Assembly: GCA_965140415.1 (NCBI GenBank)
Contig: OZ223209.1
Location: 1,728,001 to 1,792,000, forward strand
Direction of reading: 5' to 3'
Source of the DNA: Myxococcota bacterium
Lineage (GTDB): Bacteria; Myxococcota_A; SURF-8
Length of the DNA: 64,000 nt
Shown: one piece after another, positions 9,477-18,867 of the stretch
Numbering within the stretch: position 1 is the first letter of the stretch
Layout: each line of letters starts with the position of its first letter
The notes under the pieces: model-generated
Database searches by the model: none
What the model saw: the letters and a program-made list of their open reading frames with translations, nothing else
What the model was told of the DNA's origin: nothing
Program-made: the position numbers and the translations under genes

Positions 9477-12400
9477 ATGACGCGTAATGTTGTAAGTTCG
9501 ATCCTGTTGGCTTTGCTGGTTTTTCTGCCTGCTGCCTTGATGGCGGAAGACTTTGCCGGATCGGAAATCACTGGTCGTAACCACGGTGGTGATTCCTGGA
9601 TAATCACGGGAAACAGCATGCTGGCTGGAAAGCACGTGAACATCAGTGAGTTCAAGGTGAACTCCGGTGTGCTGGTCGGGATTCCGTATCTTGGCACGTT
9701 GCATGTACGCGCAGAGGAAATCAACATTTGGGGAGAAATCAACGCCGATGGTCGCGGCTATTGGGGTGGCTATGGCGGTGAAGGCGGAGACAGCGAGCGC
9801 GAAGGCGGTCACCATGGTGATTCCGGTGATGGTGAGACGGTCGTTGGACAGAAAATGTATGGCAGCGCCGGAACCAATGGTGGCAAAGGACCGGGTGACA
9901 ACTGTTACCACGGTTTCTTCGATTGTGATTTAGCCGGTTTCTACTGCGGCGGCGGCGGCGGCGGCGGTGGTGGTGGCGCTGGTTATGGAACCGATGGTTG
10001 CAAGGGACAGAACGGTCGCAATAGCTGGAAATTCGGTGGAGGTGATTGCGCGACAAACGTTCAGGGAATTGGTGGTGCCGGTGGTAGCGCCGTTACGAAC
10101 GATGCGGCAGGAACGGCTTATCTGGGTGGTGGTGGTGCCGGTGCCGGTGGTGGTGGTGCCGGTTGGTTCGATGCCCGCAGCGACGGTTCCCTGGGCGGCG
10201 ATGGCGGTGGACGGATTATTCTCGAAGCCACAGATAGCCTGAATGTGTGGAGTACAGGTAAGATCACGGCCAATGGTACTCGCGGATATTCCGGTGGTGA
10301 TACCGGATGGGGATTTTTGGAGTTTGGTGGTTTCTGTTGGCATTTGACCTGCATGAACCACTTTGGCGAAGGTGGTTGGGGAGGCTATGGTGGTGCAGGA
10401 TCCGGCGGAGGTATTTTGCTGTCTGCGCCGAATATGTATCTTTCCAAAAGTGAAGTATTAAGTGCCAAGGGAGGTACAGGAAAAAGCAACGGATACGAGG
10501 ACGATGGCGCAGGCGGCGCGGGAAAGATTCGCCTGTACCGCGACTCGGGTTTGTTCCACACGTTCTATTGCGGCTATTTGACAAATAAGGATAAGTGCCA
10601 TAAAAATGTGTATGCCCTGGATGGTTGTATCGATACGGATAGCAATGGTACCGACGAGCCGGAAATTCACGACAACTACTATGTGACCGTTGAAATTCGT
10701 AAACTGGATGACAATAGTTTGATCCGTTCCTCTCTGGCAAAATTTTCTGTAGATGAGAAACCGTTTTCGACGAACAGCGAAACGATGCAGATGCTTCCGA
10801 CCCGTACCTACCGCATGAATACGGAAGCCAACCTTGTGGATATCGCGCATTTCGATTTCATGGAGTTCCGACATTGGACGGGGTATTCAGACACTTCCGG
10901 AACGAATCAACTGTGGGAGCAAACGAGTCGTAGCTTCGAAATGACTCACACCACAGACCTGAAACTGGTCAGGGCTTATTTCGCCACTGGCGTCTTCTTC
11001 AAGTGGGTGGGCACTGTAAGCAGCGATTGGCAGAATCCCAATAACTGGCGAGTTATCAGCGAAGCCGATCCTAGCGGATATATCCCGCCTCATCCGCCCA
11101 GGCAACACTCCGCGACCGGCTTGAATTTTCCTGTGTATATTCCAGATTCAACTCAGTATGGCTTCGTTTGCATCGTTCAAAACGACGGAGCCAATATCCC
11201 GGAAGCTGTTGCTATGATTGTCGCAGAGGGAGCTGAAATTCGTTGGGATATTTCCAACGATGCGGATTTGGACATAGAGTACTTTTTGTCTGTTTATGGT
11301 GATTTCCTACAGTATGCCACCTCCGGCTCATACTCGTTGACTATTGGTGGAGATCTTGCTGTCGAGGCGGATGCCACTTTTGAGTTGGCTTATGTGGATG
11401 TAGAGGTGAGTGGGAATGTCTCTTTTGGTTCGAACAGTTATGTCGTTAGTGATGATGGAAGTTCCACGTTTGACATTATCGGGAGCACCGATACGGAAAT
11501 AGTGAACAATTCCGAGTTTCTTATTCTGGACAATCTGACCATCAACAAGACCAGCCAGGACAATGTGGTTACTCTGTATGGGAACCTAGGCGCTTACGAC
11601 GTTGCGGTAACCAACAAGCAGGACATCGACTATTTCTACGTGCGGTCCGGTAAATTGGATTTCAATGGCAGCAGTCTTGCCGTCGATGAGCTACTTGAGG
11701 TCAGTAATGTCGGATCGCTGTATTTGCCGTTCGCTTCCGCTGGATCCTCTACTCTGAGAGTCAAAGGGCGCAGCGGTGGAACTCCGCTCGTATTGAGCAA
11801 TGCCAGTGGCTTTACTGGGGTTTCCTTATATGGAGATACAGCCAATATCTATGTTGGACCATTTTACGATTTAGACATTGCACTGCCAAGTGAGACATCT
11901 GCCATTTCCATCGGTGCGCACAGTTCGGTTGAATTGGTGAACGGTGGACGGTTTGTAATTGACAATCGTCAGGAAGAAGACGGTTGGGATTTGGTGATCG
12001 GCAATGGCGCCAAGCTCAGTGCGGAAGATGTTGAATTCAACGTCGATCGAGACTTCATCGTTCGGACACCGGAAGAACTAACATTTACACGCACTTCGCT
12101 TGAAACCGGTTATGGCATCTCCGGCAATGGAGATATGGTAGTGAGCACCGATTCCGCCCATACCTCTTTCGATCGGTATTCCCGCTTTTACCTCACCGGT
12201 GATTTGACGACCACTGGAAGTATTGGTGGAGATGGTGGTTGGATCATCGCCCAGGGCGATACGACGATCAAGTCCGGTGTGACATTCTACAAGTTGGATG
12301 TTTCCGGCGACGCAACCATCGATAATTCCGGTAGTCGCCAGAACCCCATCTTTACGAATGCTGTCGATATCTATGCCGGTGGAGAACTGACGATTTTACC

Positions 12401-15400
12401 GGATGCGTCACTTCGGCTGCTGGATGAGGCTACTGTGTCGGTTTCCGGAACTCTGACTGCGGTGGGAACATACGGTCACTATGCCACCCTAACTCAAGGT
12501 AGCCCGGACAATTATTACGATGTGGTAGTCAACAGCACGGGTACGATCAGCGCGAAATATGCAATCTTCGAGTACATGGATACTGCCGGTCTGGTTGTAT
12601 CCAATGGCGCGACGATCGATTCTGTAAACGATTTTGACAATTGTGTGTTCCGATACAGTAAAGTGGATTCGGTCAGTCCGGAAACATCCACATTTAACAT
12701 GTTGACATTGAACAACAATCAGGAACTCAAGATCACCGGTGCGACATTCATTAGCCCATCCGCTACAGCGGGTGGGGGACATTTGAACGTTCAGAAGTCT
12801 TTGGATCAAGGCTTGGTGTTGTTTACGGATTCCACCTGCAACGGCAGTCCGCTGGGCTGTGGTACCGGGTCGGATATCAGTGGCGAAGCCCACGATTTCG
12901 ATGAGTTCGAGCGCGTTTTCTGGTCGCTCAACGATCCGGCGTATGACGCGACCAACGTTGAAGTCGTTCAGGCTCCGCTCAATTCAGAGAAGGGATTGAT
13001 CCGCCTGTTCATCGACACGGCGGAAAATCCGGTCGGTACCGAATACTGCATTTGGGATCAGAAAACGGGGCCCAACAAGTATGCCAACGGTAGTTGGAAC
13101 CTGGACAATTCGAGTTGCTACTGGGGTACCTATGCTTTCTGGGGCGGCGAAGACGGCTTCCTGCTGGCGGTGCCGGATAACCAGGATTTCGAGCTGCGTA
13201 TCAAGGCAAGGTTGACTCTAGATTTCACAACGATGAGCGACGAAACCCTGCTGGCGGGAGACACCAACACCTACGATACGATTCTTTTCGAAGATCGCAC
13301 TCCGCCGCCGGCTCCCGAACCTCTGACATTAAGCACCATAACCAGCGGTGCGGATGATTACCTGTCTTTTGACTGGACGGATGTTGCCGGAGCGACCGAT
13401 TACATTCTGATGCGCGGTCAAGGGGGCGGGGTTGGCCTCAATGATACGGCTGCTCCTCCAGCCCGGTTGCAACCGGTCAATGGTGTGCTCGATGATTTCT
13501 CTACGACGCGAACGGAATGGACGTACACGTCCTCTCCATACAGCTATCTCGTCGATGGGAAATTGCAGGGTAATGCGGGTGGTGCACACTTCAACTTCGA
13601 TGGAGATGGGTTTAACCTAGACACTACCGATGGGTACATCTACAGCGTGGATGTGAAGAAGTTCAGCGGCACCAACGGCGTGGAATTGACTATCCCTTAT
13701 CTGCAATCGGCAGTTCGTTGGGCTATCGGTGAGGCGGTTGGTAGTAGCCCGACCGTGTATTGGTCCAAGGTGTATTACGGCACCGGTACGTTGCCGGGTG
13801 GCGCAGGCACATTAGTGGACACCACGACGAGCTTCGGTGAAGAATACGAACTGGAAGTTGGTAAATGGCACAATGCCATGGTGTATGTCAAAGGTCAGAT
13901 CGCACGCGGTTTCATCGATGGCGTCAAGATGTGGGAAATGGAATTCGAAAGCGTTACCGGTGATGATATCGCGAAAGTTAACGATATCGGTATGTGGCTG
14001 GATAACACTACGGTGTTGTTCGATAACTTCAGTGTAGCTCCGATGTTGGGTTTGGTCAGCATGTACACCGACGAAACCGCATTGGATGCCGACGCTCCCA
14101 TGACGCCGACCTATACCAACAACGGGGCGACTCCGATGGTTGCGGCAACCGGGACGAATTCCATTCAACTAACGGTTACGTTGCCGGATACTCCTCCCAA
14201 CTCGGCGGCTCCGGATCTGGATTATGGCACCCCGTATTTCTATGTGGCACTGGCGGTCGATGCTGCCGGAAACGTGAGTAACCTCTTGCAGAACCCCGGT
14301 TTCGAAGGCGAGTTGAACAATCGCGGTTTCAGCATCTGGCAGGATGCACCCTCCGAGATGTTGTCGCGTAATCAGGCTACGATGATCGAAGGTTCCAGTA
14401 GCGGCGCTCTTGGATACAACGGCAGCAATGCGCAAACGATCGCCGGTCAGCAGAATGTGACGTTACCGAGTTGGATGGCCACGGTCGATCGTACCGGTGC
14501 GGTGCTGCGTTTCTCGCGTTACTACAAGATCCTCAATTACGTAGCTGGTGATATGTACCCGGCGGTGATCAGTGTAAACGGAACGCCGACTGCGGGAGAT
14601 ATCGTTTATCCGCGTGGCACGAGCGGCGAGTATGCAAGCGATATCAATAGCTGGTTGTTCGTTTCCAATATCGCCGATGTCAGTGATCTGCCGACGTCTG
14701 TTAACAGCGTATCGGTTTATGCCGCTCCCACTGCGACAAGCGACTACGATCTCTATTTCGATCAGAACCGGTTGGATCTGCTTAAAGGCAGTGTCGTCAG
14801 CGAAGGTTACTCCTACACCCAGGTGCAATACCTGCTGGAGAGCGATTGGTTGGACGCCGACAAGAACTGGGCCTGGAACAATTTGACCGAATTGGATCAG
14901 GGTAATACGACCGATACCGGTATGGGTGAGAATAGGCTGCGTTCCTATCGTTTCCGCACCTGCGATGCGCGCGATGCCGCGCCGAAGAATTGCGGTCCCT
15001 GGCAAGGTGGATATACCTGCGCCAACGTGGGAGAATGCCCGACCGGGTATGATGCTTGTAATGAGTTCGGTCTGGAAAAATACTGTGTACGCAGCTTGCC
15101 GCCTACTTCAGGCGGCCAGAATGGCGCGTTGCCGGGTATCGAAGTGTACTCACATTCCAATATCCCGGAAGCGCCGGTTGTGCAGGTGTGGGACGAAGAC
15201 GATTCTTCCTCTCTTAAAGTCAATCTGGATCTGAACTACAGCACCAACCGTGCTCAAACCGACATGCTGGTGTACGGGTTCGTCGCCGATCAAGTTGGCG
15301 AATGCGAAGCCGGAAACGGTGAGCGTGTTGGATTCCTGGATGGCACCGGTATTTTGCGCCCGTTAAGTTCCGCTCCCGAAACCTATTGGGATATTACGCG

Positions 15401-18400
15401 TTCTCTGCATGTGGCCGGTTATGAAGATTCTTCCGGCACGGAACATGGATTGGATCCCAACTCTTGGTATTGCTTCCGGGCATTGGCTCGCAACCACGAC
15501 GGCATCCTGACCAGCGATCCAAACGGTACCGACGGTTGGATGTATGGTTGGAATGGCTGGTCGGATCTCAGTAATGCCATGCAGCCTCCGGCGCGGCCCT
15601 TTATCGTGGCCGATTCTCTGTCGATCAAATACGGTGTTGGCATGAATGGCGGTGTTCCGCGTGCCATGGCCGTCGATTACGATCCTGCGCAACCCGAACT
15701 TGGCGGTACCGTGCAGGAAGCGTATTTCACGGTGGAAGATGCTAATAACCTCACCACCCCCGATACCTATGTGGATGTCAGCAGCATCGAATTCCGTGTT
15801 TCGCCGCACGGCATCTGGAATGGTACCGGCATTTACAAGAGCGGATATTTCCAGGCCACCACGGACGACTATGGTGCGACGTGGAGCTTCTCCAAGAAGT
15901 ACGAAGATCAATACGGTAACCCGACGGTCACATTGCTGACCGATCAGTGCTCGGTAACGCAGGACGGCGATCAGTTGGATGTCAAGTTCGCCTGGATGCT
16001 GAACAAGGCTCCTATCACTGCCAATTACCGTCCGGACCAGGATCAGGGCGTGCAGATTCAACTGGAAGATGCAAACTCGTTGATGTCCTATTTCGGTAAT
16101 AACACCATGTACGGCTGTGACAAGGTTTTCCATACGTCCTACCTGCCGCAGTCGCCGCGACTGACCAGCCCGTCAGATGATACCTGGGTGAGCAAGTCGC
16201 TGCTCTCCAGCGTCGATTTCTCTTTCGAATCCGATTTCGACAATGACCGGCTGTATCTCGAAGATATCTACAACTTGTGCACAACTTTGGGCACCTGTGT
16301 GGATTGGGGACTCAGCGGTCCGCTCAATTGCGTCGATACCGATGGGGCTACCGACCATGCCGACGATGTCGAATTCCAGATGGCGTTGTATACGGCAGTT
16401 GATGGTAATGGCGTCTGCTCCGGTTCTCCGGCAGCTCCTGCTGCGCCGTTCTGGCTGACCAAGGATTCACCGGAATACAGTGAAGAAAGCAACGATTACA
16501 AGTTGCAGCAGAGTGTAAATATCACTTCTCTGGCGGATGGCGTCTATTATTGGTGTGTCAAGACACAGGACGAGCATAACTACAGTTCGGGTCTGCGTGA
16601 TGATCCCGACCCGGTTGTGGCGCCTGCTGTCACCAATAAACTGGGTATCGACAGCGTCAAGCCGGTAATGGGTACGCTTTCCGTCGATGGCCGCAGTGTC
16701 AGCGAACCGGCGACGGTTTCTCTTGTCAATGGCGAGTGGACCTTCCGCAATTACATGCGCTTCAAGTGGTTCGACGCCGAGCAGGATCCCATGGGGCTGG
16801 GCGAAGACAAGACGGCTCCGATCAAGGGCTACCATTACAAGTTGATGCTGCGCACCGATGCGTCCGGCCGTGTGGCTCCCAGTACCGGTGGTTATTGGGT
16901 AAACAAGCATTCCGATCCGGCTCACGAATATATCGTGACGACCATCGACGGAAGCAACTACTGGACTACGGTCCAGGTTCCTATCGGCGTGCATCAATTC
17001 GGTGTACAGGCCGAGGACATGGCCGGCAACATCAGCGATCCAGTCTGGTTCGAGATGCGAGTGGATGTCTCCACTCTGGATGCTCCGATCATTCGCAGCG
17101 ATTCGCATCCCAACGAGGATGAGATTTACTGTAACCATTCATTGAGCGATGATGGATTGAGTGTCAATCTGGACCCGGATGCGTTTGACCCGCAATTCGA
17201 GATCGTTCATCCCACGGTGGCCAATCTGCGCGAATACATTCTGGAATACGGCGCGGATATGGACCTGGACAGCACATACTGCAACCCGGATGCGGATCTA
17301 TCCCAATGTACCGGCTACCCCTGGTCGCTGGCCTACAGCGGGATCAAAAGCTACAGTTTTACTGTTAACGACAAGCGCTGTAGCGGTGGCTATCCGGATG
17401 CCACGCCGGAAGACGACAACAATCCCGGCGCGTTGAGCACGATCTGTGATCAGTATATGAGTTGCACCGATAGCGATCAGACCGGTTCAAGCTGGAATAC
17501 GCAGTTCCACTTTACTTTCGATCGCGAGGATTCGTACAACATCTACGACATGCTCACCTACTTCATCAAGCATGGTCCGGCGGTTAAGGCGGGCTCATGG
17601 TACTTTAAACTGATGGGTGAATCGTTGGCGGGCGCGACTACCGGTTGTTCCGACTACCGCGTCAACCTCTGTTATTGCGATGGCAACCCACCATGTAAAG
17701 ATGCCGATCCCAATGCCGCCCGCATGGGTGTTGGATCGATGGCTTTCTTCGGTGGCGGTCGGCTGGACACCGGCAGTCTGGATGGTTCCGGCTCCGATGA
17801 CGGCTCCAGCCAGGAAGTGCTGGTATTGCCGTTCTACATGGACCGCAAGGAAGTCAGCAATGCCGACTATCAGGCCTGTGTGACGGAAGGTGTTTGTCAG
17901 GCTCTACCTGAAACCCTGTTCGCTTCCAATACCCGACCGTTGTACTACGAGGACGAAACCTACCAGGATTACCCGGTGGTGAACGTCAGTTGGGACAACG
18001 CGCAGAGCTATTGCCAGTGGGTGGAAAAGCGGCTGCCATACGACACTGAATGGCTCTATGCTGCGCAGGGGCAGGTGTCCGATGCGGACGGTCTCTCGAC
18101 CAGTTTCTATAATGATCTGTATGAGTTTGGCGATACGGTCAGTGTTGCTGAGCATCATGGTCCCGCCGTTCAGACCGATATCGATCCGCTGAACCTGTTC
18201 AATAACGTTTCGGAATGGGTACAGGATTGGTGGCTGCCTTTGGATGCGGTGGATTACGTCACGATGCCTCGTGGTCCGGAATCGACCGAAATCTGTCTGC
18301 AACAGTGTGAAGATGGTGCAGAGACACAGCAGCCGAGTGAGAATGAATTCAGCCTGTTCAACGTCATTCGCGAAATGGGTTTTGCTGAGGACGTGAACGA

Positions 18401-18659
18401 GATTTCAAAGAGCACGGCGGCGTGTGAACTGGAGTGTGCGCGCAAGGTCGTGCGCGGCGGTTCCTTCCTGGAGCGGGAAATCGAAGCCGGATTGCGCCAG
18501 GCCGAGGCCCCAGGAGCAGGGCAGATCAACCTGGGCTTCCGTTGCGCGAAAAGCGCCGTAGAGTTTCCCGAAGCTCAATTGGGAACCCCGGAAGTAGGTA
18601 CGCAGGGAAGTCTGCAACTTGAACAGGCTTCCGAAAGCGATATCGCCCTGCGTCCCTAG
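9477..18659 (+). CDS. giant (~3,060 aa) secreted multidomain surface protein with C-terminal FGE-sulfatase/SUMF1-like domain
   Basis: ATG 9477 with GAGG RBS and signal peptide (ALMA-EDF). Gly-rich domain, WVGTVSSDWQNPNNW plus beta-helix-like region, FN3/Ig-like modules, a concanavalin-like segment (WHNAMVYVKG..FDNFSV), CBM-like NLLQNPGFE, and C-terminal EVSNADY / PVVNVSW / RLPYDTEW / NVSEW / VVRGGSF / LGFRC. Confidence 0.9.
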   Translation: MTRNVVSSILLALLVFLPAALMAEDFAGSEITGRNHGGDSWIITGNSMLAGKHVNISEFKVNSGVLVGIPYLGTLHVRAEEINIWGEINADGRGYWGGYGGEGGDSEREGGHHGDSGDGETVVGQKMYGSAGTNGGKGPGDNCYHGFFDCDLAGFYCGGGGGGGGGGAGYGTDGCKGQNGRNSWKFGGGDCATNVQGIGGAGGSAVTNDAAGTAYLGGGGAGAGGGGAGWFDARSDGSLGGDGGGRIILEATDSLNVWSTGKITANGTRGYSGGDTGWGFLEFGGFCWHLTCMNHFGEGGWGGYGGAGSGGGILLSAPNMYLSKSEVLSAKGGTGKSNGYEDDGAGGAGKIRLYRDSGLFHTFYCGYLTNKDKCHKNVYALDGCIDTDSNGTDEPEIHDNYYVTVEIRKLDDNSLIRSSLAKFSVDEKPFSTNSETMQMLPTRTYRMNTEANLVDIAHFDFMEFRHWTGYSDTSGTNQLWEQTSRSFEMTHTTDLKLVRAYFATGVFFKWVGTVSSDWQNPNNWRVISEADPSGYIPPHPPRQHSATGLNFPVYIPDSTQYGFVCIVQNDGANIPEAVAMIVAEGAEIRWDISNDADLDIEYFLSVYGDFLQYATSGSYSLTIGGDLAVEADATFELAYVDVEVSGNVSFGSNSYVVSDDGSSTFDIIGSTDTEIVNNSEFLILDNLTINKTSQDNVVTLYGNLGAYDVAVTNKQDIDYFYVRSGKLDFNGSSLAVDELLEVSNVGSLYLPFASAGSSTLRVKGRSGGTPLVLSNASGFTGVSLYGDTANIYVGPFYDLDIALPSETSAISIGAHSSVELVNGGRFVIDNRQEEDGWDLVIGNGAKLSAEDVEFNVDRDFIVRTPEELTFTRTSLETGYGISGNGDMVVSTDSAHTSFDRYSRFYLTGDLTTTGSIGGDGGWIIAQGDTTIKSGVTFYKLDVSGDATIDNSGSRQNPIFTNAVDIYAGGELTILPDASLRLLDEATVSVSGTLTAVGTYGHYATLTQGSPDNYYDVVVNSTGTISAKYAIFEYMDTAGLVVSNGATIDSVNDFDNCVFRYSKVDSVSPETSTFNMLTLNNNQELKITGATFISPSATAGGGHLNVQKSLDQGLVLFTDSTCNGSPLGCGTGSDISGEAHDFDEFERVFWSLNDPAYDATNVEVVQAPLNSEKGLIRLFIDTAENPVGTEYCIWDQKTGPNKYANGSWNLDNSSCYWGTYAFWGGEDGFLLAVPDNQDFELRIKARLTLDFTTMSDETLLAGDTNTYDTILFEDRTPPPAPEPLTLSTITSGADDYLSFDWTDVAGATDYILMRGQGGGVGLNDTAAPPARLQPVNGVLDDFSTTRTEWTYTSSPYSYLVDGKLQGNAGGAHFNFDGDGFNLDTTDGYIYSVDVKKFSGTNGVELTIPYLQSAVRWAIGEAVGSSPTVYWSKVYYGTGTLPGGAGTLVDTTTSFGEEYELEVGKWHNAMVYVKGQIARGFIDGVKMWEMEFESVTGDDIAKVNDIGMWLDNTTVLFDNFSVAPMLGLVSMYTDETALDADAPMTPTYTNNGATPMVAATGTNSIQLTVTLPDTPPNSAAPDLDYGTPYFYVALAVDAAGNVSNLLQNPGFEGELNNRGFSIWQDAPSEMLSRNQATMIEGSSSGALGYNGSNAQTIAGQQNVTLPSWMATVDRTGAVLRFSRYYKILNYVAGDMYPAVISVNGTPTAGDIVYPRGTSGEYASDINSWLFVSNIADVSDLPTSVNSVSVYAAPTATSDYDLYFDQNRLDLLKGSVVSEGYSYTQVQYLLESDWLDADKNWAWNNLTELDQGNTTDTGMGENRLRSYRFRTCDARDAAPKNCGPWQGGYTCANVGECPTGYDACNEFGLEKYCVRSLPPTSGGQNGALPGIEVYSHSNIPEAPVVQVWDEDDSSSLKVNLDLNYSTNRAQTDMLVYGFVADQVGECEAGNGERVGFLDGTGILRPLSSAPETYWDITRSLHVAGYEDSSGTEHGLDPNSWYCFRALARNHDGILTSDPNGTDGWMYGWNGWSDLSNAMQPPARPFIVADSLSIKYGVGMNGGVPRAMAVDYDPAQPELGGTVQEAYFTVEDANNLTTPDTYVDVSSIEFRVSPHGIWNGTGIYKSGYFQATTDDYGATWSFSKKYEDQYGNPTVTLLTDQCSVTQDGDQLDVKFAWMLNKAPITANYRPDQDQGVQIQLEDANSLMSYFGNNTMYGCDKVFHTSYLPQSPRLTSPSDDTWVSKSLLSSVDFSFESDFDNDRLYLEDIYNLCTTLGTCVDWGLSGPLNCVDTDGATDHADDVEFQMALYTAVDGNGVCSGSPAAPAAPFWLTKDSPEYSEESNDYKLQQSVNITSLADGVYYWCVKTQDEHNYSSGLRDDPDPVVAPAVTNKLGIDSVKPVMGTLSVDGRSVSEPATVSLVNGEWTFRNYMRFKWFDAEQDPMGLGEDKTAPIKGYHYKLMLRTDASGRVAPSTGGYWVNKHSDPAHEYIVTTIDGSNYWTTVQVPIGVHQFGVQAEDMAGNISDPVWFEMRVDVSTLDAPIIRSDSHPNEDEIYCNHSLSDDGLSVNLDPDAFDPQFEIVHPTVANLREYILEYGADMDLDSTYCNPDADLSQCTGYPWSLAYSGIKSYSFTVNDKRCSGGYPDATPEDDNNPGALSTICDQYMSCTDSDQTGSSWNTQFHFTFDREDSYNIYDMLTYFIKHGPAVKAGSWYFKLMGESLAGATTGCSDYRVNLCYCDGNPPCKDADPNAARMGVGSMAFFGGGRLDTGSLDGSGSDDGSSQEVLVLPFYMDRKEVSNADYQACVTEGVCQALPETLFASNTRPLYYEDETYQDYPVVNVSWDNAQSYCQWVEKRLPYDTEWLYAAQGQVSDADGLSTSFYNDLYEFGDTVSVAEHHGPAVQTDIDPLNLFNNVSEWVQDWWLPLDAVDYVTMPRGPESTEICLQQCEDGAETQQPSENEFSLFNVIREMGFAEDVNEISKSTAACELECARKVVRGGSFLEREIEAGLRQAEAPGAGQINLGFRCAKSAVEFPEAQLGTPEVGTQGSLQLEQASESDIALRP

Positions 18660-18679
18660 AGCAGAAGAATGTGAATTAC

Positions 18680-18717
18680 ATCCGGCTGTGGAGTCTTTCT
18701 CGACTCTACAGCCGGAT
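18680..18717 (+). terminator. 16-bp stem-loop after the giant gene (terminator or mRNA stabiliser)
   Basis: atccggctgtggagtc-tttctc-gactctacagccggat; weak U-tract. Confidence 0.55.
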
Positions 18718-18867
18718 CCGTGTTTACCGATTGGTACTTTGGATTGATAAGTGATTTGGAACACGTGGCGCCATGAAAGGGTGCACGTACAACTTTGCAA
18801 AAACATCTCCTGAACGATGACTCGTGGTTCCGTGCGGTTGGTGGCGATGAATGATTGAGGAGAAAGT

